From Marsupella aquatica (lineage: Eukaryota > Plantae > Marchantiophyta), in NCBI GenBank assembly GCA_973895155.1, contig OZ316895.1, positions 24,247,538 to 24,311,537 on the forward strand: DNA of 64,000 nt, written 5' to 3'. The first letter of the stretch is position 1, and every line of letters begins with the position of its first letter. Of the stretch, positions 24,706 through 35,388 are shown one piece after another. The translations under genes were made by a program, and so were the position numbers. Under the pieces are notes generated by a model, which saw only the letters and a list, made by a program, of their open reading frames with translations, was not told the origin of the DNA and made no database searches.

Positions 24706-27358
24706 CACCTGAGTGCTTTCAAACAATTGAGTTATGGAGAACTAACAGACTTTCCTTTGCAATTGTAGGATTGGTTGGCTCTTGCAAGAATGACCATGGG
24801 AAGGAAAGATTGTCGTAATGTCTACTGGTTACTGTTTGCCGACAATGCTCTTTTTGATTTATGGAGTTTGGTATGCCAATTGTGGTTGGATGGGAAACTT
24901 CCCGATGGAGCTGGTGTAGAAGGAAATGAGAAGTCTGAAAAAGCAATTACTGTTGCCATGTTTCGTTGTTTTGATGGTGAGTTGATCTCACAACGAGACA
25001 TCACAAGAATACTGACGCGGGTGAAGTCAGGAAAGGTATTGCTAAAGAAAGATGCCTCTAATAAATCAGACATGCCATCTATAGAGGAGTTGGCCAAAGA
25101 TGTGAAGATCGTGCGGAAACTCAAGTCCCTTATTGAAGACTACTATTGCACCAAGGATGCGGTGAATTTCCCGACAAATACTAATTGGGGGAAAGTAGTT
25201 GAGGTTCTTCCTACGCTAGCAATTGATTCAGAGTTCAGCAGGTGTCGAAGAGCCGCTGGCGAGGTCTATCTTGCCAACCTTTTAAAGCCAAATCATACGC
25301 GGGAGAGCGCAATCTTGCCGACGGCATTGGTATTCCGCCTAGATGATATATACTGCCAGAGATTTGGCGGAGGATCACGTTCTCGGACCCTACCATGGGT
25401 TACATTTTTTAGCGACAATCTCATGAAGACCATTGATCCAGAGTCATTGCAAGAAGCTCCTCCGACCTGCCCTCTTGCCATTGTTGATTTTAGCCGGCTT
25501 CCACAAAAACAGTGGACTGAAGCAGAGATTCTTGTTCTCTTTGAATACATTGTGGAGCTTCCACAAAATCCCACGATTGTGGTGACGATAACAGTTCATC
25601 CTGGACAACTTGCACTGAATGTCCATGGTGCCCTTCGTAAATTGGGACAAGAGAAAGCTTTGACCATTCACATTGAGTATGGGAGTTATTCACGAGATGA
25701 TCAACCGCACCCTCATGACTCATGTTGGGGTGGAGGGATTGAAGAAGTTATCTTTGCAGGGATTTCTCGAGATGAAGACGTCAATTGGAATGAAGTTTTC
25801 AAGCCCAACTATCCAAAGCCAAAATTCTTGTATACTTCAAAGGATGTTGATTATGAAGTATGCAAGATCGACAAGGGAAAGGGGAAAGCTAAGGAATCAG
25901 ATGAGGGGACACAAAACGACGACCTAAAAGTGGTTTTGGACCCGGAAGAGGCCGTCAAGATTATGAATATGGCCCCTCGATTTGAGACAGTTGGTAGTCG
26001 CGGAGGATGGGTTAATCCTCATGCCAAACCCACGCGGATGATCCGAAGGATTATTGAATCCTTATCAGAACCGGGAGATTTGGTTCTAGATTTTTTCTCC
26101 GGTGGCCAAGTCATGAAGACATCATTTTTTTGCGATAGGGAATGCTTTGTTTATTGTGACTCTCAGTCCGAGAGGCATTTTGTGGAAGCTTTTGCTTCCT
26201 ACCTTTGCGAAAGAGTTCCCTCACTTAAAGCCCATTGTGAATCACTTGCTGAAAATTCTCGACAATGGGCTACCACTATTGCGGCTGTAGCTGTCGCTGT
26301 TGAATCCGACGGTTCTGAGTCTGAAGATGTTGCTGACAAAGTGGCTAAAGGCGTAGAGGCATCAGACGAGGCATATGTCAAAAATTTGGATGACCGTGTT
26401 GGTCAAGGTGAGCCTTACGATGTAGATGATGATATTGGACTTGCACCAAACCGTTCATCTGGTTTAGATGACATCCCTCCGGGGCCCCATGAAGTTCAAG
26501 TTGATGATAACTTGGACAAGGATGATCCCAATCCAACAACGCCGGGAGGACAGATGGAGCAACTGGAAGGAGCAAGGGTTGATATGTTTGATCATCTTTC
26601 TTCAACCAATCTGATCAACGAAGGCGCAACGAGGCTTGGAGATTCAAATGAAGCTGAAACTAACGAATTGACTCGTGGGGAAGCCGGCGGATTGCCTGAC
26701 ATTCCCATCAATCCAGGAGGAAATGCATCAACGGCTGCTGACAACCAGGCAGGTGCTTCAACTTGTCCTGACACACTCTTTTCAGCTTCTGATGACAAAT
26801 TGGTGTTCGTTCGTTCACACTCGAGGAGTCCTGTTGTCCTTCCGTTCTCAAAAAAGAAAGGGAATAGAGTTGGATCAACTGGATGGAGGTCATTGGAACG
26901 CGATGCACGATGTTACGTGTGGAAAAGTGGGCCAAATCGAGGCCAAGAAATATCATTGGAAGCTGCTCCTTCAATTCTCAATAAGGAGGAGTATAAGAGG
27001 GGAGAATTGGGGTTCATAACTCCTGTTTGGACTTCTCCTTATTGGGTAGAACAAAGTACTTCAGATGTCAATTTTGAAATCCAACAGGAGCTTGGTGCTG
27101 ACATGATTATTGATGAATACGGATCTCTTATTTCGGAATGAAATTCAGCCTTTGACTTTCTATTTATGTATATCAATCTAAAATACTTCTCGGTCTCACA
27201 GAATGGGCTCACCAATTAAAGTCTCCATATCCGTCTACACATTGTGAGGCTTCTAAAAACGGTATGTAGGTTAATTTTCGTTTTTGTCAGCCATTGTGTT
27301 GTATTTTTGGACTGAGACAATCCTAATCCAAAGTTCACTTTTGGTCTTTTCTCTGAGA

Positions 27359-28417
27359 ATGGTGTTTGGTGCACTTGCAGAATCGAGACCTGGTCCCGTC
27401 AAGCGGAAGTTGCTGATTTTGGACCTTAATAAAATACTTTGGGATTCTATTGAATTCCAAAACAAGGGCACATCCAGGAATATTGTCACCTCAAGTGGAG
27501 TGCATTGGGATAGAAAAAATGGTATTAGTCGCATGTATACAGAACGACCAGGGCTCCATGAGTTTCTAAAGTTGGTTTTTGACAGATTTGACGTTGCAAT
27601 TTGGACTTGTGCTGGGGTAGAACGAACAGTGAAAATGCTGAACATGATGTTCACTGTTGAGGAGCGGTTGAAACTTAAGTTTGTATTCACACAGGTGGAA
27701 GCCTTTGACACAGGCATTCAAAGGCGTGACATTACAAACGGAAAGGCAAATGTGCTACTGAAGGATTTTCAGGTGGTATGGAATGCATTTGGAAATCTAT
27801 ATGATGAAACCAACACCCTCCTTGTGGATGACTCCCCCCTTAAGGCATTTGCCAACCCAGACATGACCGGATTATTTCCAGTGCCCTACACGCATGCCAA
27901 TCGTGGAGATAATTTTCTTCTAGCAATTCTTTGGCCATGTCTTGAGAAACTATCACATGCAAGTGACATTCGATGCTATCTTCTTCTCAACTCTCCAAAG
28001 TGGTCTCTTTTGCACATGAAGAGAGACAAGGCAAAAAATGAGATTACTTATGATCAACTTAGCAAGAGATTTGCAGCAAAAATTTGGAAGTCACAGTTTA
28101 CACATAGTGTGTTGGACCTCAACAGTAATGAGATCCATTGGAATGTAAAGCACCGTATATGTAGTTTACGTCCTGAGGTGGAACTTGACAATGCACTTGT
28201 CAACTCACTTGCTAAATCATTTTTAGGAAAGGACTATTCAGGTCCATATAGAGAAAATCCCAGACACTTTTTGCGGGAGATTATAGCCATTAGGAACAAC
28301 ACCACCAGATTTCAACTCCCTGAAAATAAAGTGAGTTGCAACCGTGACAATAGGGTAGATAGGAAAGGAGACAGGGGCACATGCTCAAATACACATTGTA
28401 GGGAGCACTTGGTTTAG
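27359..28417 (+). CDS. FCP1/NIF-family HAD phosphatase-like cargo protein (352 aa), intact
   Basis: KLLILDLNKIL, ERPGLHEFL, FDVAIWT, LLKDFQVVW, NTLLVDDSPLKAFANP; motif I is DLN rather than DxDxT. Confidence 0.85.
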   Translation: MVFGALAESRPGPVKRKLLILDLNKILWDSIEFQNKGTSRNIVTSSGVHWDRKNGISRMYTERPGLHEFLKLVFDRFDVAIWTCAGVERTVKMLNMMFTVEERLKLKFVFTQVEAFDTGIQRRDITNGKANVLLKDFQVVWNAFGNLYDETNTLLVDDSPLKAFANPDMTGLFPVPYTHANRGDNFLLAILWPCLEKLSHASDIRCYLLLNSPKWSLLHMKRDKAKNEITYDQLSKRFAAKIWKSQFTHSVLDLNSNEIHWNVKHRICSLRPEVELDNALVNSLAKSFLGKDYSGPYRENPRHFLREIIAIRNNTTRFQLPENKVSCNRDNRVDRKGDRGTCSNTHCREHLV

Positions 28418-31174
28418 ATATTTAATTGACTTGTGTTAAGCCCCTTGGATAGTACTAGAAACATGTTCGTATTCAATGTAAATTTGCAGATAATTGTATA
28501 AAGATATTTTATAATCTATTTGGAATGATGTTATTTTGTTCACAGAATATCTGGTCCTTAAATGGGGATGAAATAACTTTATAAATTTTTATCCTCCATT
28601 TCTATGTGAGTTATTAAATAATATAATATGTATTATTTATTAATATAATATTAATGTGATTTGGCCTATAAAGTGTACATTTAGAGACACAAAAGTGTAC
28701 ATTTGGGTGTCTTGAAGTGTACATTTGGGGACATGAAAGTGTACATTTCAAGACTCATTTGTGAACAAAAGAAAATACACTTTTAATGAATAGGTTGATA
28801 AATGTGTACAAGGAGCATCGGGTGCATTGGCCGGAGGATACCCAGGTTAGATTTTGTTAATTTGTCATTATCAATGACATTCAAATAGGGCTTACAATAG
28901 GGTACAGGAGCTTTCATGTTCATCAGTAAGCGATTTGAACTCAATTGCATCTTTGTTTACAATGATTGAATATGTTTTGAAGCAAGGCTTGCATCTTTTT
29001 CAGGTGGAGTTTTTTCTAAAAATCCAGGAGTTTTGCAGCAGAGATGAGAATGGAGTTCATATAGGCTTCAGGTCTTTTCAGTATATGAAGCCTTACTACC
29101 TTCGTCCTATGAAAGACACAAACGTTTGAATGTTGCTGTAAGCAACATGTTGAAATGGACCTCTTGAAGGAGGCAATCAACAAATTCAGGAAGCATGAAC
29201 ACAATTAGCATTGCTCTTGTGATTGCCCCATTTGCACATCATTGATGCTCTTTTGTAGAGTTGTGTAGCTTCTAGAACAACAATAACATCTGTATGGGGC
29301 TGGATAGAGGGAGCTCTTTGTCCAAGAGCTGAGGGGAAGCAGTGGCATGGAAAGAAATGTATCATGGGTTCCTGTAAGAATTGTGGTGTCAACAAGTTGG
29401 ATTGGTGTACATCTGAGTTAGATCCAGTTGACAAGCAATTTATTGAGTGGGAGACATTTCAGTATTTGGAGTTAGACAAGAAAGCCCAGCAAAAGAGAGA
29501 GAAGAAAAAGGAACTGACGAGAGTGCTACAAAAAAGTCAAAACGGTTGAGAATTGTGTTTAAGAGAACTTCAATGGGTGAATTCAAGAGTCAGGTTTTGA
29601 ATACAATGAAGACATTCATTGTGCATAATTTTAGAGCACGTTGGCGGTCTAAACAACTTTGTTTGAAAACTTTCCCTAGAGGAACTATAGTGTCATCTAT
29701 TGATTTCTCTGAAAATTACACGTTCAAAATCCAAAATGAGATACAGAGTCAACACTAGGATAATAGACAGGTCACTTTGTTGATTCATGTCACTTATAGG
29801 CATAGAGAAGATTGTGTGGAATCTCTGGAGGCTGCTGTTGGAAGTACGGTTCAAATGGCATTGGATGAGGAGGGTGGTCGAGACATTATTGCAGATTATC
29901 ATTTTTATATGAGTGATGACAAGTGTCACGACACTCTCTTCGTCCAACATTGCATGGATGCTCATAACCAGTGGATGAGGGAGGAAGGAATTCAGTTTGA
30001 GCAACATTGGGTCTGGTCAAATGGGGCTACTTCACAGTTCAAGGCTTGCAGACCTTTTTATTATGTATCCAGATACTACAAAAGATTTGGTGCACGAATG
30101 AAGTGGTATTTCCACGCTTCAGGGCACAGAAAAGGTGTCGCTGTAAGTTGCAATATTACTTTACATGTACATCTGCTCATTCCAGATTGTGTTTTAAGCT
30201 GAAGTTCCCTATAGTAAATTTGTTGTTCTATATTGATTCATCCAAGTTTCATTTCATGAGATGAGTACTATGGTGTGTGCTTTTAGGATGCCCTTGGAGG
30301 CCACATAAAGCAAGAGATTGAGAGAGAACAGCTGAAGGGAATCCATGGACATCGATTGGAGAATGCCCATGATGTGGTTTTGTTCTGCAAGGACAAATTT
30401 GCTATGGGCCAAGAAAAGGAGTATGGAGACGTCCAACTTGTTTGACGCCTGTTTTGGGAGATTCCAATGGGAGCTGTCAATCGCAAGAAGAAATGGGACT
30501 GTGATCCTATCCCAGGTTCCCGATCCTTACACTGCTTTGATGGATTTAGTAACCGCCTATCAACTCTCCTTCAAGTTAGAGAACTGTGTTGTTTTTGTCC
30601 TCATTGCTTAGATGATGAACCTTTGCAATGTGAGAATATAAGTTGGGCTGGACAGTTTAAGCTTGTCATGGTGAAAGGAGTCCTTCCAAGTGATGTGAGA
30701 ACTGATGTGGAAGAAATGGGAGTGGGGGAAGGACTGTACCAATGGGAGGATGGGCTGCTGGCCGAATTGGTTCAACAAGGTGACTTCGTTGCAGTGAAGG
30801 CTGAGATAGGTAACAAGTGGAATGTGGACTTCTACATTCTTCAATGTGAGCAGACTTTGCACACTATGAAGAAGAGTTTCAAGGACTCGTATGGAGAGGA
30901 ATTTAACGAGGGTGATTTAGCTTTGAGGGCAGTGTGGTTTCAACAGGTCCTAGGGCGAGATAACAAATTTATGGTGAACGATCTAGCTAGCGTGAGCTAC
31001 GCCCATGCTGAGACAGTAGTTCACCTTAGATTTGGTCTCACTCCATGTGAGGCTGGAAAGGGACGATATAGAATGTATACCCTTGAGCCCAAGACTCTGG
31101 CAGCAATATATGCATTCTTGGGTTCCTAGCAATATGAAGGAGGATACTGAGGTGTGTTCACCATTTTTTCTCCA

Positions 31175-31470
31175 TCACCAGTCCTCTGTCCTCCGTTTGA
31201 AGTCTTTGTCTCTAGTCCTCAGTTATCCGTTTCTGGTCCTTAGTCCTTGGTCACTAGTCCTCAGTTATCCGTTTCTGGTCCTTAGTCCTTGGTCACTAGT
31301 CCTCAGTTCCTCTGTCCGGAGTCCTCAGTCCAAACATCCGGAGTCCTCAGTCCTTTGGCTTCAGTCCTTAGTCTTTGCCATGAGTCCTTGGTTTCTTCCC
31401 TGAGTCCTCAGTCCTTTTCCCTGAGTCCTCAGTCTGAGTCAGTCCTCCACCCTGATTGAGTCCTCAATCT
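31175..31470. repeat. (A)GTCCT-rich repeat region including a 39-bp duplication
   Basis: Repeated AGTCCTCAGT/AGTCCTT; CTAGTCCTCAGTTATCCGTTTCTGGTCCTTAGTCCTTGG twice. Confidence 0.75.
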
Positions 31471-32498
31471 GCTGAAATGTTCTTCCCTGCGTGAGCTTGA
31501 CTATTTCTGTCACTAATATTTATGTGGATTGTTGTTCCACAGGACTTTGAGCTCCCTGAAGGTTAACTACTTAAACCATATCAGTGGATAGTCCTCAATT
31601 AGTATACAATAAAGGCTAAGCAGGCATTGGATATCACTAGTGAAGGGTAGCATTGAATATTACTTAGTAAAGGTCTCTTGTTAGTAATTGCTATATATGT
31701 GCAGTAAAATGCACCTGTTTTGTAATAAATCCCTTGTGCACAATAAGTTCATTTTAATTGGCCCATCTCTTGTCAAGCTTAGTTTTCAACCAAGAAGTCT
31801 CAAGTGGCGTGTCTATTTGGCTATATCACTTGAATGTATTAATTTCAATCATCTGGACTTCATGTTTGAGTTTATGTATTTACTGTCTAGAACATAGCTA
31901 CAGTCCTTCCCATTCAAGACTCCCAATTTCCCAAAACGTTTTTGGATCAACTATCCCTGACTAGTTCATAGGGACCAAGGAAGAGTTTGATGCGCTTCCA
32001 AATGGGACCACTTCCCAGCTCTAAGAATGGTTAGTATTCTCATTGTCTACTTGTACACTCCAGATCCAAAAAGAGCAGGACAATGTACAGTAGAGATTTC
32101 ATATTGAAAAAGTCAAACCTAAGAGAACTCAAAACCTACAACCCTGAGAAAGTAGGCCGGAGTTGTCATCCATTATATGTGCCCTGCGGGGATGGGATGG
32201 AGTTGAATATTTACTTACCACTGCAAGAGTAAAAATGCAACCTATGTCCCACAGTATACTAGAAGGTGGAGGTTTTGAAGTCAAGCGCATCCCAATGTGG
32301 AGTTAAACTGTCTAGCTTACTTCAATAGCCGCTACTAAAAGGTAGTACTTATGTCCCACAGGAATGTCATTTGAGTGGGGAAAAATATACGTGCTTCAAA
32401 ATATATTCATGATTGCTCTTGAGTCTTTACAAAGATCGGAGTAAACATCCAAGTGTAATTGGTTCAAGGTTTGTACGTCTAACTACTTCAAGTCTATA

Positions 32499-33203
32499 CT
32501 ACTCATAGGTGATCTTCATAGATTTTAGGGACTCAAATAGCTCCCCTCCAAAATTCACACATGCATCCTTAAGTCTATTGAGCGGCCCCAAGTGGGATTT
32601 CACCGGAGTAGTGTCACTACGGCTGAGCGAGTTCAAAAACTTAGGATTGTTGTCTTCCTTTGGTATGATCACATGTACACTACTATGTGCCTCAGGGAGG
32701 CTAGGTCCTACTTCAGGCTCACATTTAATAACACTAGTTGACTGTAAAGACCTAGCCACAGCAAGTGCTCGACAGGCATCTTTGTCTTTCACATAAGTAA
32801 TAGTCCACAATGTACTCATTACTTGAGTACATGCACTCCTAATCTTGTCAGAGTAACCATCAAGCTTGTCCTTGAAAACTTTACCCCACACACCCATTAG
32901 CTTCTCCCCATTCTCTTCATTAAACTGAATCACTTCATCGCCAATCTGCACAGCAAAGCAGTACATTTGTGTACCAGGCCCATCAAGACAACACTCATGT
33001 GTGATTCTGCCTCGTGAATGGGGTCCCATTGGGGAGTTTGCATCTTGCCTTCTCAATTTTTGCTTGTGCTTGCCCAAAGCACAGGGTCTACCATCACTCA
33101 ACAGGTTTGAACAACCTTCATAAACATAAGAGCCAGCACAAAGTCCCCACATGGATTCAATCTTGGCCAGATGGAGGGTGACAAACTTCTCATTCTTGGC
33201 CAT
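32499..33203 (-). CDS. RPA1 C-terminal OB-fold/zinc-ribbon-like protein within the host element
   Basis: YVYEGCSNLLSDGRPC...ECC...YCFAVQIGD...FNEENGEKLMGV resembles RPA70 DBD-C (YxACP..GDRxC...QIQD...FQESGEEIMGV). Confidence 0.5.
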   Translation of the reverse strand: MAKNEKFVTLHLAKIESMWGLCAGSYVYEGCSNLLSDGRPCALGKHKQKLRRQDANSPMGPHSRGRITHECCLDGPGTQMYCFAVQIGDEVIQFNEENGEKLMGVWGKVFKDKLDGYSDKIRSACTQVMSTLWTITYVKDKDACRALAVARSLQSTSVIKCEPEVGPSLPEAHSSVHVIIPKEDNNPKFLNSLSRSDTTPVKSHLGPLNRLKDACVNFGGELFESLKSMKITYE

Positions 33204-33349
33204 CTGCAGCAAATCAAACAGAGAGGGTAAGTATTTAGAAATTGCTAAAATCTTATGCTGCACTAATGCTATCATTGAAGTACTGAATGGCACATTCACA
33301 GTTCACTCCGTAAGGACATAGTCAAGATCCACTCAAAGCACATACTCTA

Positions 33350-33730
33350 CTTGACCCGGGACTTGACCAAGGAAAGGACTTGTTTGAAGAAGGGAGAAAT
33401 TACTTGAATCACACCCACTCCTCAAAAAGGAGAATCACTCATTCTCTAAGGACATGCACTCCCTGTTCGACTCCTTGTTCGAAGACGTCTACTACTTTAA
33501 GAACCTGGACACACACTCCTTTCCAAAGGACAAACACTCCTAAACGAACAGTCCTTTGGAAAGGAGTAACACTCCTTTTACAAGGACCAAAAGTCCTTTC
33601 AAAAGGACTATTGCTCCTTTGTGAAGGACTTGTAGTCCTTTAAAAAGGACTAGTGCTCCTTTGTCAAGGACCAACTGTCCACTCCTTTACCAAGGACCAT
33701 CAGTCCTTTAAAAAGGACATACACTCCTTA
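33350..33730. repeat. Array of (G/C)TCCTT-N4/5-AAGGA(C/G) palindromes; continues at 52815-53150 after the insertion
   Basis: GTCCTTTGGAAAGGAG, GTCCTTTCAAAAGGAC, GTCCTTTAAAAAGGAC etc.; the empty site reads ACTCCTT-AACA-AAGGAGT. Confidence 0.8.
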
Positions 33731-34117
33731 ATCAACCTATTCATTAAAAGTGTATTTTCTTTGGTTCACAAATCAGTCCTGAAATGTACACTTTTATGTC
33801 CCCAAATGTACACTTTATGAAGCCCAAATGTACACTTTTTGATACCTAAATGTACACTTTATAGGCCAAATCTTATTAGTATTATATTAATATATTATAA
33901 TAGTATTATAATAGTATTATATTACTTATTAGTTCACAAAGAACCATGGGATAGAGATCATACTTGTAAAAACATTTCCGCACAAAGAAGCCCAGGCAAG
34001 GACCATTGATTGATAATGTGTGAAAATAGTTATATACAATTGTGTCCAAACTTACAATGAATATCCAGGGCTGACACCCATTTTTACTATCTAATGGGCT
34101 TAACATGAGTCAGATCT

Positions 34118-35176
34118 CTAAGCAAAGTGCTCCTTACAATATTTATTTGAGCACGTGCCCTTGTCTCCTTTACTATCTACCCTAATGTCACGGTTGCAAC
34201 TCCCTTTATCTTCAGGGAGATGAAATTTGGTGGTGTTGTTCCTAACTGCTATAATCTCCCACAAAAAGTGTCTGGGATTTTCTCTATACAGACCTGAATA
34301 TTCCCGTCCTACAAATGATCTAGCAAGTGAGGTGACAAGTGCATCGTCAAGTTTCACCTCAGGACGTAAGCTACATATACGGTGCCTCACAGCCCAAGGA
34401 ATCTCATTGCTATTGAGGTCCAGCACACTATGCCTATACTGTGACTTCCAAATTTTTGCTGCACATCTCTTACTAAGTTGATCATAAGTAATCTCATTTT
34501 TTGCCTTGTCTCTCTAAATGTGCAATAGAGACCACTCTGGAGAGTTTAGGAGAAGATAACAACGAATGTCACTTGCATGTGACAGTTTCTCAAGACATGG
34601 CCAAAGAATTGTTAGAAGAAAATTGTCTCCATGATTGGCATGCGTGTAGGGCACTGGAAATAGTCCGGTCATGTTTGGGTTGGCAAATGCCTTCAAGGGG
34701 GAGTCATCCACAAGGAGTGTGTTGGTTTCATCATATAGATTTCCAAATGCACTCCATACCACCCAAAAATCCTTCAATAGCACATTTGCCTTTCCATTTG
34801 TAATGTCACGCCTTTGGATGCCTGTGTCAAAGGCTTCCACTGTGTGAATACAAACTTCAGTTTCAACCGCTCCTCAACAGTGAACATCATGTTCAACATT
34901 TTCACTGTTCGCGGCATCCCAGCACATGTCCAAATTGCAACGTCAAACCGGTCAAAAACCAACTTTAGAAACTCATGGAGCCCTGGCCTCTCTGTATACA
35001 TGCGACTAGTTCCATTTGATTTATCCCAATGCACTCCATTTGGGGTCACAATATTTCTGGATTTGCCCTTGCTTTGGAATTCAAGAGAATCCCAAAGTAT
35101 TTTGTTAAGATCCAAAATCAGCAACTTCCGCTTGATGGGACAAGGTCTCGATTCTGCAAGTGCAACAAATACAACT
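34118..35176 (-). pseudogene. FCP1/NIF phosphatase-like gene, copy 2, frameshifted
   Basis: Three ORF fragments nearly identical in protein sequence to 27359-28417. Confidence 0.85.
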
Positions 35177-35388
35177 CTTAGAAGAAAACCAAATTTGAAC
35201 TTTGGACTGAGATTGTCTCAGTCCAAAAATACAAGACGATGACTAACAACAAAGAAAACCTACATACCATTTTTAGAAGCCCCAAAGAGCGTAGGTGGAT
35301 ATCGAGGCTCTAATTGCTGACCGCATTCTGTGAGACCGAGAAGTATTTTAGATTGGTATGAAAAAATGGAAAGTTAGACGGTTTGATC

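Larger units (their letters stand above)
22008..27141 (+). pseudogene. Three-exon cargo gene (~1396 aa): ParB/DGQHR-like domain plus beta-class N4C/N6A DNA methyltransferase-like domain; single nonsense codon
   Basis: Exons 22008-22134, 22574-24264, 24769-27141 join in frame, with the same splice sites in copy 2. TGA at 22660 where copy 2 has TGG. Motifs YRMLNADHV..FLAISGQHSARAAR and NPHAKPTRMIRRIIESLSEPGDLVLDFFSGG. Confidence 0.75.
15739..28799 (-). mobile_element. Sola1-like cut-and-paste DNA transposon, copy 1 (13,061 bp), three genes
   Basis: 26-bp TIRs ATCA(G/A)CCTATTCATTAAAAGTGTATT with one mismatch; 4-bp TSD AAAT at 15735-15738 and 28800-28803; flanks rejoin in frame. Confidence 0.92.
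15226..31129 (+). pseudogene. Sola2-like DDE transposase, split by the 13-kb insertion and decayed
   Basis: Removing 15739-28803 restores RISPCAKDKARLRLSVNVYKEHRVHW in frame. Downstream: IDFSENYTFKIQNEIQSQH*, WSNGATSQFK, SGHRKG, PIPGSRSLHC, CCFCPHC, with several stops and frameshifts. Confidence 0.75.

Noticed and set aside
24775-27141. Bacterial contamination or a restriction-modification system
   Set aside because: The gene has conserved spliceosomal introns, sits within eukaryotic TIRs and has no restriction partner.
32499-33299. Helitron around the RPA-like gene
   Set aside because: No Rep/helicase motifs or convincing hairpin-CTRR end seen.
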